A DNA stretch of 64,000 nt from the IMG/VR virus record IMGVR_UViG_3300027917_000019, positions 1 through 64,000 of that record. One strand, 5' to 3'. A model generated the notes under the pieces. The model had not been told where the DNA came from, did not search any database, and worked only from the letters and a program-made list of their open reading frames with translations. The translations under genes and the position numbers were made by a program. Shown here piece by piece: positions 53,086 through 61,734 of this stretch (position 1 is the first letter of the stretch; the number at the start of each line of letters is the position of its first letter). This DNA is from a virus.

Positions 53086-53310
53086 ATGCCACGAGAACAC
53101 GAACACGAACTCTTCGACAATACAAAAGGTAAGTCTTTAGGCAAAGCCTGGTGGAATCCTGACACTGAGAAGATTGAGTGCAGCAACCACACTGTGTTGA
53201 AGATGATTTTCAACAACCACTCTCTTGCTTCTAAATCTGACAAAGCTTTGATTAGCAATCTAGCTCGGGCCTTCAAGTCAGGTTACATAACTGCGAGGTT
53301 GGTCAAGTGA
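53086..53310 (+). CDS. hypothetical protein (candidate immunity)
   Basis: Small ORF directly after the MuF fusion, preceded by a TTGACT promoter-like motif. Confidence 0.6.
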   Translation: MPREHEHELFDNTKGKSLGKAWWNPDTEKIECSNHTVLKMIFNNHSLASKSDKALISNLARAFKSGYITARLVK

Positions 53311-53825
53311 GTGACTATATTCGTGTGTTTGAACTGAAGGGATTGGATGAGAACTTTGATGACGATCTGTCAAAGTCAATTCTAGAAATTCACCTAGATA
53401 AAGCATTGCACCCACAAGAAGCTGTTGAGAAGTCTCTGTACAACTTCGATTTAGATACGCCAGACGGCGTAGATCGCCTGTTAGAGCTTCTCCCAATACT
53501 AGACCCCGAGATTATAAACGAGGTTTATCAAGAGATTTTTCCTGGGTATCCTGTGGATACCCTCGCTCCGCGTATGGCTCGTTTAGAGTTGCGGGGTTAT
53601 TTAATGGACTACTTGGCGAATAATGGAACACAAGAAGGACAAGGAGCTGGAGAAGAAGCGGCAACTGCAGGAGGACCTGGATCGCCTGGCGAAGAGCCGC
53701 GATCTGAGGTACCAGGAGCCCAGCCTTCTGAGGAAGCTGGGGCAGCGGGTGTTCCTCCAGAACCTGAGCCTGGTGCCCAAGCTGACGAAGCTGAAGTTGT
53801 TGAGCCTGGGGCTGCACCCAGCTGA
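53307..53825 (+). CDS. acidic hypothetical protein
   Basis: GTGA coupling; LSKS, LDKA and VEKS sites. Confidence 0.7.
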   Translation: MSDYIRVFELKGLDENFDDDLSKSILEIHLDKALHPQEAVEKSLYNFDLDTPDGVDRLLELLPILDPEIINEVYQEIFPGYPVDTLAPRMARLELRGYLMDYLANNGTQEGQGAGEEAATAGGPGSPGEEPRSEVPGAQPSEEAGAAGVPPEPEPGAQADEAEVVEPGAAPS

Positions 53826-53925
53826 TATAGATTATCTCCTCAACAAGAAACATCTTGTTGAGGTTCGTGACCCTGTCACCAAAATATGCTACTATTCAGT
53901 CAATATTGATCCAGTAGGTGAGTGA
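53623..53925 (+). CDS. hypothetical protein overlapping the acidic tail of the upstream gene
   Basis: Fills the gap to 53918; about 200-nt overlap in another frame. Confidence 0.5.
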   Translation: MEHKKDKELEKKRQLQEDLDRLAKSRDLRYQEPSLLRKLGQRVFLQNLSLVPKLTKLKLLSLGLHPADIDYLLNKKHLVEVRDPVTKICYYSVNIDPVGE

Positions 53926-55273
53926 TACGTTGCCTGTAGAGGATAACATCAACAAGGCGTTTGGCCTACCTGAAGGAATAGACGCGGACCACGAGTATGT
54001 TTACCGCTCGGGGGAACGTGGTATCTATGATTTCTGGTACAAGGACCGCGCAGGAAACTACTGGAAATATACTAACGCACCGGAGGGCCATCAGGATTAC
54101 GATCCGTATGGTGGCGCTGCGATGCTAATAGCCGACCAGCCCATGCCTCATACCGCTCCTCAGTTTTATTCCGAGGATGGTAGAAAGCTCCATGTGGCTG
54201 TCCCGCAAGGGATGGAACTTACAAGAAACGAAGCATACGACCCTGAGAACCCGCGTAGTGTTTGGTACGGCGTGTACCAATCTGAGGACGGCGAGCCTCG
54301 CTTTGTCTACTACGACGCCGACGTGCGAGAGAATCTAGACCTCTGGGTTCAATATATGCTTCGTGTAACCGACGCTGGCCTAGTGTCTTATCGTAAGTAT
54401 GCATCTAAACTCTTTGAGTCTCCACACCCTAAGGACCGTATTATCGGTGTGATGCTCATGCTGGTCGACCAGGGTTTCTACGATGCATTTGAACTTGCGC
54501 AGGCTAGAGTTGAAGACGTGGAGTATGTCGACAACACCATAAAGTTGTTGAGCCGTAAGTTGGTATGTGACATTGGGCTGGTCGACTTTTTCACGTCAAT
54601 AACGAGTAAGCGCATTCCCAGCGATCCTCTGTTTGTACTAGACACGGTACACGGTAAAGAGCCGCTTGGCGAGCGTCATTTCTACAGCATTTTCAAGGCT
54701 TTGAAGGTGTCTCCACATGTTCTTTTGTACTGGCATGCGTCACAAATGTTTAGTCGTATTGTGCACAGACTTGCTGCCAATCATACACCTCTTGAAGAGG
54801 TAGAAGAGCGTGCATACGCAGAACTTGCTTTGGCATTGAACACGGTAGAAGACGTCACCCACCTTGTTGACTACAAGGTGAAGGAGGCGTTGTTGCGCAA
54901 TTATGAACCAATTGAGGAGCCTGAAGTAAGTGGTGAATCAACCCCTGCGCAAGACGTGGCAGAACAAGAGCCCGTTGCAAAAAGCATTCTTCGTACTGGT
55001 GGTGATAGCTTCGGCGTTGCTACCGTTTGGTCTGATCTTGTTGCTCGTAGACCCGATGAGCAGGAATTCAGTGTCTGGCTTCATGCTACGCCTTTGCACG
55101 ATACTACGGAGGAAGAGCAGGCAGAGATTGAAGAACAGCTAGTCGCTCAGCAGGAAGAAGCAGATCAGGAGGCTCCTCCTGAAGGGGGTGGTGGAGGTCC
55201 TGAAGCGCCCAATATGGGTACGTCTCCTACTCCTTCCGAAGGAAAGTTGCCGGCAGGAGAAGCTAGCGAATGA
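53918..55273 (+). CDS. head-cluster protein with degenerate topoisomerase IB-like domain
   Basis: MLMLVDQG..DPLF..YWHASQMF..LALALNT..VD pattern lacking catalytic R/Y. Confidence 0.55.
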   Translation: MSDTLPVEDNINKAFGLPEGIDADHEYVYRSGERGIYDFWYKDRAGNYWKYTNAPEGHQDYDPYGGAAMLIADQPMPHTAPQFYSEDGRKLHVAVPQGMELTRNEAYDPENPRSVWYGVYQSEDGEPRFVYYDADVRENLDLWVQYMLRVTDAGLVSYRKYASKLFESPHPKDRIIGVMLMLVDQGFYDAFELAQARVEDVEYVDNTIKLLSRKLVCDIGLVDFFTSITSKRIPSDPLFVLDTVHGKEPLGERHFYSIFKALKVSPHVLLYWHASQMFSRIVHRLAANHTPLEEVEERAYAELALALNTVEDVTHLVDYKVKEALLRNYEPIEEPEVSGESTPAQDVAEQEPVAKSILRTGGDSFGVATVWSDLVARRPDEQEFSVWLHATPLHDTTEEEQAEIEEQLVAQQEEADQEAPPEGGGGGPEAPNMGTSPTPSEGKLPAGEASE

Positions 55274-56235
55274 TTTTCGACGCACTAGAAGACATAGTCA
55301 AGGCTCGCAAGGCTAAGGGGCTGGATAGTTGGAAGAAGCTAGATCACCTGAAGGACAAGCTTCAAGGTAAGCAAGCTTCTCACATCACATTCACCACCTG
55401 CTATCCTGGACAGGAGGGAACTAAGAAACACCTCGGTTCTGCTTCTGGAAACCTTCATTTTGTGCTTGGGTACGTTAGCCCTGGTTTTCATGTTGCTCCC
55501 TATCATTGGCAACTAGTCGACCCGAACCTAACTGACCAAGAAGCAGCGGCAAAGAAGCACCCCACAAACCCCAGATACTGGAAAGACTCAGGACTACCGA
55601 TTGAAGATGAGGGAGACTTTGACCTCGGTAAGCCTCACAAGTTGTCACAGAATAGTGCCAACTCAGTGGCAAGAGCTTCTGTTAGAAAGACAGGGGCTAT
55701 GCAGGTCAAGTCTGGGTATGGAAAGTATGTTGCTGTCCCTGGAGAGGGGGCTGTCTACTCTCTTTCTAACGGGCATGTTTACAAGTGGGACGTTATCAAG
55801 GAATCTTTCTTTGCAGCAACTCAGCCTGATGTCACAGAGGCTATGAACGAGTCTGAGGAGGCTCCTGAGGTAGAAAAGAGTCTTAGAGGTCCCAGGGAGC
55901 CTTTCAGTGACTTTGTCTATCCTCTTGTGCGTAGACACTTCCCGAAGCCTGGATCTGTCTTTGACGCCGGTTCTGTAAAAGTACTGGTGAAATCAGACCG
56001 CGTAGTATTTTTCGATGAAAACAAGGACCCTACATACATTAAGGTGTTTGACCGTGTGTATGACCACTTTGATTTGAAAAAAGGTGGTGACATCCACCCA
56101 TCTATCCTGCTACAATTCGCAGTACACTATCTAGGCGTAAATCAACAAGAACTTGCTCAATTTGTTCACAATGAGGAAACTACAACTGGTGACGATTCTT
56201 CTCCTAATGTAATACAGAGGAACTCTAGTGGATAA
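55270..56235 (+). CDS. hypothetical protein
   Basis: ATGA coupling. Confidence 0.7.
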   Translation: MIFDALEDIVKARKAKGLDSWKKLDHLKDKLQGKQASHITFTTCYPGQEGTKKHLGSASGNLHFVLGYVSPGFHVAPYHWQLVDPNLTDQEAAAKKHPTNPRYWKDSGLPIEDEGDFDLGKPHKLSQNSANSVARASVRKTGAMQVKSGYGKYVAVPGEGAVYSLSNGHVYKWDVIKESFFAATQPDVTEAMNESEEAPEVEKSLRGPREPFSDFVYPLVRRHFPKPGSVFDAGSVKVLVKSDRVVFFDENKDPTYIKVFDRVYDHFDLKKGGDIHPSILLQFAVHYLGVNQQELAQFVHNEETTTGDDSSPNVIQRNSSG

Positions 56236-56449
56236 TGCACTCTGTTGCACGAAATGTGGTGAAGTCGTCATTAAGTCGATGGGTACTTCAACGAAAATCC
56301 GTGCTAAAGTATTAGTGGTTAGAGATAACCAAACATTTGCTGTATGTAAAGGGTGTGACAGCGAGATACCTGTACCGCTCGTAATGAATGAAACTATGGC
56401 AAAGGCTTTAGGAAAAACTGCCAAGCTAAGACTTTACGTTAGAAAATAG
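56228..56449 (+). CDS. small Zn-ribbon protein
   Basis: CTKC..CKGC. Confidence 0.7.
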   Translation: MDNALCCTKCGEVVIKSMGTSTKIRAKVLVVRDNQTFAVCKGCDSEIPVPLVMNETMAKALGKTAKLRLYVRK

Positions 56450-56452
56450 TGC

Positions 56453-56481
56453 TTGACAACCTGTTTAGCCTAGACTAAACT
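56453..56481 (+). promoter_or_regulatory. sigma70-type promoter upstream of protease/capsid genes
   Basis: TTGACA-17-TAAACT. Confidence 0.65.
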
Positions 56482-56509
56482 TATCAAACGGTTGAATGAA
56501 CTCCAAATA

Positions 56510-56544
56510 GGGAGATCACCTTCGGGTGGTTTCCCTTTTTTTTT
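56510..56544 (+). terminator. intrinsic terminator between the promoter and the protease gene
   Basis: GGGAGATCACC-TTCG-GGTGGTTTCCC followed by T9. Confidence 0.85.
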
Positions 56545-56551
56545 AGGTTTT

Positions 56552-57295
56552 ATGGGCTGGATCGATAACGATACTTTTGAATTCTGGATGCCGGCGCAAG
56601 CTATTTCTTTGACGAAGTCTAAGAAAAACGGTGCTGACGCAGAAGGACGACGTTGGGTTCAGGGAATTGCTTCTACTAGCTCTAGAGACCTACAAGGCGA
56701 GATCATTGAACAGCAGGGGATTGATTTCTCTTATTTTGTAAAGCACGGCTTTTTCAACTGGGACCACAAAGAAGGTCCTGATAATAAGGTTGGAGAGCCT
56801 ACTGAGTGTAAACTCACCAAGAACGGGCTTTGGGTCAAGGGTTTTCTTTGGAAGAATAAGGCGAGAGCAGACGACATCTGGGAACAGATGAACTCTATGG
56901 CTTCTTCAGGTTCTTCCCGCAGAATGGGATTCTCCATTCAAGGAAAAGTCAAGAGACGCTCAGGGAACGTTATTAAAGAGTGTTGGATTCAAGACATAGC
57001 AATTACGGCTTGTCCTGTGAATACCTCCACTTGGGCTGAAATCGCCAAGAGCCTGTCTGCACAGACCTGGGATCTCAGCAAGTCCCTAGAGGAAGATGAG
57101 GAAAAGGCGCTTAGCGCGGGCGGTTCTCCGCTGGTTCCTGAATCTCTCGAAGGGAAACAAAAGGACGTCAAGACATTGGATAAGAGTCTTACGTTCGAAG
57201 AATCTGTGGCATGGATTAGTTCCACCACTGGTATGCCTGACGACGCAGCAGAAGCAGCGGCTAGGGTAATTTTCTCAGTACTCACTAAGGAGTGA
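56552..57295 (+). CDS. prohead protease
   Basis: GIAST..RDLQGE, GFFNWDH, GLWVKG, MGFSIQG, IAITACPVN. Confidence 0.92.
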   Translation: MGWIDNDTFEFWMPAQAISLTKSKKNGADAEGRRWVQGIASTSSRDLQGEIIEQQGIDFSYFVKHGFFNWDHKEGPDNKVGEPTECKLTKNGLWVKGFLWKNKARADDIWEQMNSMASSGSSRRMGFSIQGKVKRRSGNVIKECWIQDIAITACPVNTSTWAEIAKSLSAQTWDLSKSLEEDEEKALSAGGSPLVPESLEGKQKDVKTLDKSLTFEESVAWISSTTGMPDDAAEAAARVIFSVLTKE

Positions 57296-57302
57296 AACCG
57301 AC

Positions 57303-58274
57303 ATGAGCGATCAGACTGTAAAGCAGGACGACCTCGCGAAGGCACTCGCTGGACTTCAGGAAATTGCAAAGGGTCATTCTTCTCGTGGTACCGCTACCAC
57401 GAAGGTAGAATCCATGCGCGATTCTGGGGCTGGCGCAGGTTCTGATGCGGGATCTACTCAGGTCTATCACACGCCGTCAAACTCTGAACCCGGAAGCTGG
57501 GCTGGTTCTACTGCTAGAACCGTCCCGGAAGACGGTGCTACCGATTCTGTTGGTCCTGATGGAACAGACTATGTAGCTCAGGGTAAGGTGATGAAGTCCA
57601 TCATCGAAAAGATGGCTAAGGGCCTTCCACTTACTGCGGACGAAGCTTCCTTCTACGCAGCTATTGCTAAGGGCGGCATGCCCGACTTCTTGAAGAAGGA
57701 CGACAAGAAGGACAAGGACGACGCTGAAAAGTCCGTTAAGAAGTCAGATGATGACGACGCGGACGACAAGGATGACAAGATGGGTAAGTCTTTGTCTGAC
57801 CACGCAGCGGAAGACGACACAGTTTCTAAGGGTCTTGAAGTCTCTGAGTTCTTGGCTGGATTCGCATCAGTCATTCACAAGAGCCTCCAGTCTACTGAAG
57901 AGCGTGTTGTTGCTCGCGTTCTCAAGGCACTCGCTAGCGATGCTGAAGGTACGGGCGAGTTCAACAAGTCTCTTGCAGAGGCGGTTGGTCGTCTTGCAGA
58001 GTCCGTGGCGGCAGTTTCTCAGCGTGTAGATCAGGTTGAGTCTCAGCCTGCGCATGCTCCGCGCGCTGCTCACAATGTACAGGTCCTCGAAAAGGGCTCG
58101 TATGATGGTCCTGCGGGGGGAGAACCCCTCAGCAAGGCTCTAGTAGCTGCAACACTTGTCGAACTAGTACAGCGCGGTGAAGCTACCACGCAAGACGTTC
58201 TAAAGTTCGACTCATCCCAGACTCTTTCACCTCGACTTGAGCAGAAGGTTCGTGCTGCTCTCGGCGGGCGCTGA
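57303..58274 (+). CDS. capsid scaffold protein
   Basis: Position between protease and MCP; acidic/coiled-coil; many K-(S/A/G) sites. Confidence 0.75.
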   Translation: MSDQTVKQDDLAKALAGLQEIAKGHSSRGTATTKVESMRDSGAGAGSDAGSTQVYHTPSNSEPGSWAGSTARTVPEDGATDSVGPDGTDYVAQGKVMKSIIEKMAKGLPLTADEASFYAAIAKGGMPDFLKKDDKKDKDDAEKSVKKSDDDDADDKDDKMGKSLSDHAAEDDTVSKGLEVSEFLAGFASVIHKSLQSTEERVVARVLKALASDAEGTGEFNKSLAEAVGRLAESVAAVSQRVDQVESQPAHAPRAAHNVQVLEKGSYDGPAGGEPLSKALVAATLVELVQRGEATTQDVLKFDSSQTLSPRLEQKVRAALGGR

Positions 58275-58294
58275 TAGAATAGGAGTAATCAGAG

Positions 58295-59746
58295 ATGATT
58301 GGACTTCAGGCGTTCTCTAAGAACAATGGCTATAACGGTCCTGGTACCGCTACTGCTGGCGAGATTGAAGAGCTTGCAAAGGCTCTTGAAGCTGGCTATC
58401 AGGTAGGTGCAGGAAAGACCGGAGGAAGTGCCCTCCGCGTCGAGTCCCTTGAGGCTTCCCTTAAGGTACTTACCTTCACTTCTTCCCATATAAAGCTTTG
58501 GAAGAAGATTCCCAAGTCTCCGGCATATTCAACTGTCGAAGAGTATAACCAGCTTACTGATTACGGTGGACAGGCTACTCCGTGGGTACAGGAAGGTGAA
58601 CTTCCCCAGGCCAGCGATAGCTCCTACGTTCGTCGTACTCAGCTCGTAAAGTTCCTCGGAACAGTTCGAGAGGTAACGCACCAGGCTTCACTTGTGCACC
58701 CTGCACACGGTGACTTGATTGCGCTAGAGAATCACAACGGAATTCTCTACTTGCTTGAGCAGGTAGAAAAGTTCCTCTTCGCTGGTGATTCCTCTCTTGC
58801 TGCTGACGGCGAAGCTGAGCAGTGGGATGGTCTTGACGCCCTTATCGATAGCACGGCAGTGCTCGATCTTGAAGGTAATAGCCTTCAGGAGGCAGATATC
58901 GAAGAGGCTTCTAACCTCATCATTGAGTCTTACGGATTCCCCACGGACATGTTCCTTGGAAACCGTACGCACTCTGACCTTACGAAGACGTTCTATCCGC
59001 GTCAGCGCATTCAGATGCCTGCTCCGGTGAACGGCAAGGTTGGTCTCACTGTTTCTTCCATTGCTACGCAGGGTGGAGACATCGAGTTCAATCCTGACAT
59101 CTTCATTAAGCAGACCCCGCCGCCTCCGTCCGCTGCGTCTTCAGTAAACGCTCCGGCAACTCCGGCATCTATTGCATCCGCATTGAATGCTGGTGCATCT
59201 AATGGTGACCACGAGAAGGGCGCTCCTGCTGGTGATACGGACGTTGCTTATGTCGTTACGGCAGCAAACCGCTTCGGCGAGTCTGCTCCTACGGCGGTGC
59301 AGGGTGCTACCACTCAGCTTACGGCAGCTCAGAAGGCGGCTGGAAACACCATTACTCTTACGGTTACAAACCCTGGAACTATTGGTGCATTCCCTCCGGA
59401 ATACTTCAAGATTTATCGTTCCCGTGCACAGGTAGGAACCACCGTCCCGACGGCGCTCTCATCCTACGCTCTTATCGCAACTGTGCCGGCATCTTCCCAG
59501 CTTGCTTCTGGCACGACTGTGGTTGAGGACGTAAACCTTCAGCTTCCGTTTACTTCCACGGCTTATCTTGGTGAGATGAACCCCAACGTGTTGACCTTCC
59601 GTCAGCTTATGCCCATGATGAAGATGGACCTAGCAGTCCTCTCCCCGGCATTCCGTTGGATGATCCTCCTCTACGGAACGCCCATCATGTTCGCTCCGAA
59701 GAAGTGGCTCCGTCTTATCAACATCGGACAGCTTGACACCCGCTGA
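58295..59746 (+). CDS. major capsid protein (SPO1/Twort-like)
   Basis: LAKAL..GSALRVESLEASLKVLTF, STVEEYNQ, EQWDGL, PTDMFL, MPMMKMDLA..LYG. Confidence 0.93.
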   Translation: MIGLQAFSKNNGYNGPGTATAGEIEELAKALEAGYQVGAGKTGGSALRVESLEASLKVLTFTSSHIKLWKKIPKSPAYSTVEEYNQLTDYGGQATPWVQEGELPQASDSSYVRRTQLVKFLGTVREVTHQASLVHPAHGDLIALENHNGILYLLEQVEKFLFAGDSSLAADGEAEQWDGLDALIDSTAVLDLEGNSLQEADIEEASNLIIESYGFPTDMFLGNRTHSDLTKTFYPRQRIQMPAPVNGKVGLTVSSIATQGGDIEFNPDIFIKQTPPPPSAASSVNAPATPASIASALNAGASNGDHEKGAPAGDTDVAYVVTAANRFGESAPTAVQGATTQLTAAQKAAGNTITLTVTNPGTIGAFPPEYFKIYRSRAQVGTTVPTALSSYALIATVPASSQLASGTTVVEDVNLQLPFTSTAYLGEMNPNVLTFRQLMPMMKMDLAVLSPAFRWMILLYGTPIMFAPKKWLRLINIGQLDTR

Positions 59747-59755
59747 GTTGTGTAG

Positions 59756-59784
59756 GTGAGGGGGAGTAACTCCCCCTCACCTTC
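59756..59784 (+). terminator. hairpin terminator after MCP
   Basis: GGTGAGGGGGAG-TAA-CTCCCCCTCACC. Confidence 0.7.
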
Positions 59785-59792
59785 CACTTATT

Positions 59793-60365
59793 ATGTCTCA
59801 AAACGGCGCAATTAAGGGCACTAGCGATCTAGTTCTTGCTATGCAAGATAAGGCTGAAGTTGCTAAGCGGCGTGCCGGAAGGCGTTCCATTCAGCAATTG
59901 CAAGCGCGTTTGTATGAGAAGTCTAGAGAAGGTCTGTCCACAAGTTCAGGAAACGACCAAATGAAGAGTTTGAAGGTAAGAAGTAATTTTGCACGAGATC
60001 GTGTTATCGTTCTTGGAAATGGAGAACTTGTTCTCCACTTCGACGGTTCTGGTCTCGCAACATTCCCGGAACACCTTCTTCCTCTTTTGCAAGCAGAAAT
60101 GCGCTCTAGGCCGGGACGCTATAGGCTTGAAGAAATTCCGGTACCCTCTCCTGAGCCTAAGGTAGTTGCACCTGTCAAGGTTGAGGCTAAGGTTGCTGAA
60201 CAAGTACAGGAGCAAGTCAAGGAATTGCTTTCCTCTTTGAAAGCCTCGGAAGAAACAGGAGATGCGGAACCTGTTTCTGAAGAAGTTGAAAAGGCTCCTG
60301 AAGTTAAGAAACAACGTCGCCCTAAGCGTCGTCGAACCCGCAAGAAAGAATCTACGGAGGAATAA
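59793..60365 (+). CDS. hypothetical protein
   Basis: ORF after MCP; basic C-terminus. Confidence 0.7.
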   Translation: MSQNGAIKGTSDLVLAMQDKAEVAKRRAGRRSIQQLQARLYEKSREGLSTSSGNDQMKSLKVRSNFARDRVIVLGNGELVLHFDGSGLATFPEHLLPLLQAEMRSRPGRYRLEEIPVPSPEPKVVAPVKVEAKVAEQVQEQVKELLSSLKASEETGDAEPVSEEVEKAPEVKKQRRPKRRRTRKKESTEE

Positions 60366-60367
60366 TA

Positions 60368-60685
60368 ATGGCTTTTGTACGTCTTATACAAGGCGACCAG
60401 TCTAGTGCTGAATTCGATCAGCTTCGTAGGACCAGTAACGCATTGCTCCTAGTTCTTGAAAATCTGGCAGGTACTACATTCACTACCTTGGCAGACCTTC
60501 AAGAGGCGTTGGCTAATACGCTAAGCACCGGTACAGATAGTGATTTCACTACAGGTACTAGCGCTGATTCGTATGTCGGCACTGGAGTAGAGCTAGTAGG
60601 ACTGCGTCCGATGAACCGCCATCCGGCGCGACCCGGTAGTGTTGGTCAAACGAAGGCAATGGTAACGGACGACGGCGCCAAGTAA
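60368..60685 (+). CDS. putative virion protein
   Basis: GGAGG RBS. Confidence 0.7.
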   Translation: MAFVRLIQGDQSSAEFDQLRRTSNALLLVLENLAGTTFTTLADLQEALANTLSTGTDSDFTTGTSADSYVGTGVELVGLRPMNRHPARPGSVGQTKAMVTDDGAK

Positions 60686-60783
60686 TCGTTTGAATCTAGC
60701 TTTACGCTCGTTCAAGAGGAGTATACTATTGTCCGACTGCAATCGGCATGGTATACTCCTTTTGTTGTTATACGGAGACCAAC

Positions 60784-61719
60784 GTGACCCCTCTACTTAT
60801 TCAGAATTCGGCAGGGAGCGTAGTAGTATCTCTTGAGACCACGGGTGGATCTTCCGCACTGGGTCTTAGCACTACGGACGTTCAGGTAGACTTGAAGAAA
60901 GATACTGATGCTTTCTTCTCTAACAAGGCTCTTACCGCTCCTGTAGACGCTACCGCAGCTATCGGCTCCGGTGCAGATGGTACGGTTAACTTGGCTGTGC
61001 CTGGATCTGCAGGAAACTCATATACTGTAGAAGTTACAGTTCCTGGTGGTACTTCTGGACTGGTTGCTGCGAAGACCGGGACGGCTGTGACGGTTGCCCT
61101 TGCAGTTACAGCCGGCGTACCGGCCCCAGCACAAAACACGGCAACACTTGTCGCTGCCGCTATTACCGCGCTAGGTACCGAAGTAACGGCCACCGCCTCT
61201 GGAACAGGGGCAGATGCACTTACAGCTGCAGAAGGTCCTACTGCTTTTACTGGTGGTGTAGATGGCGACTTTACTGCGTTAGGTAGCGGAAGCTACGAAC
61301 TTGACTTGGTTGCGGCCGACACTGACATACTTGGGCAGCTTTTCATTCGCTTCAGTGGTCCGACGATTAGGACTATCGTTATTTCTGCTACTGTTGCAGT
61401 AGCTACTGCTAATCCGCCCACACCAGATCTTACTATTCCAACTACCACAATCTTTGGGTATGTTAGAGATGTTAGTGGTGGTGCTGTGGCTGGTGCTTCG
61501 GTCGGTATTCGTGTTTTGAGTACCCCCACATTGTTGCATCCAACCACTGATGGTGTTTTGGTAACTAGTTCTCTTCTAACCACCACTACAGACTCTACAG
61601 GGTTTTTTACCATAGATTTGGTTACAGGATCACAGGTGGATGTTTTCATACCAAGTGCTTCTTATAGGCGCACTTTCACAGTACCGGCTGTTTCAACCAA
61701 CCTCTTTGATATCCCTTGA
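60784..61719 (+). CDS. virion structural protein with G/T/A-rich repeat domain and C-terminal beta-sandwich
   Basis: IGSGADGTV..AEGPTAFTGG module; GYVRDVSGGAVAGA..TTTDSTGFF; start placed at GTG after GGAG. Confidence 0.7.
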   Translation: MTPLLIQNSAGSVVVSLETTGGSSALGLSTTDVQVDLKKDTDAFFSNKALTAPVDATAAIGSGADGTVNLAVPGSAGNSYTVEVTVPGGTSGLVAAKTGTAVTVALAVTAGVPAPAQNTATLVAAAITALGTEVTATASGTGADALTAAEGPTAFTGGVDGDFTALGSGSYELDLVAADTDILGQLFIRFSGPTIRTIVISATVAVATANPPTPDLTIPTTTIFGYVRDVSGGAVAGASVGIRVLSTPTLLHPTTDGVLVTSSLLTTTTDSTGFFTIDLVTGSQVDVFIPSASYRRTFTVPAVSTNLFDIP

Positions 61720-61734
61720 TAAGGAGCGCTCTAA

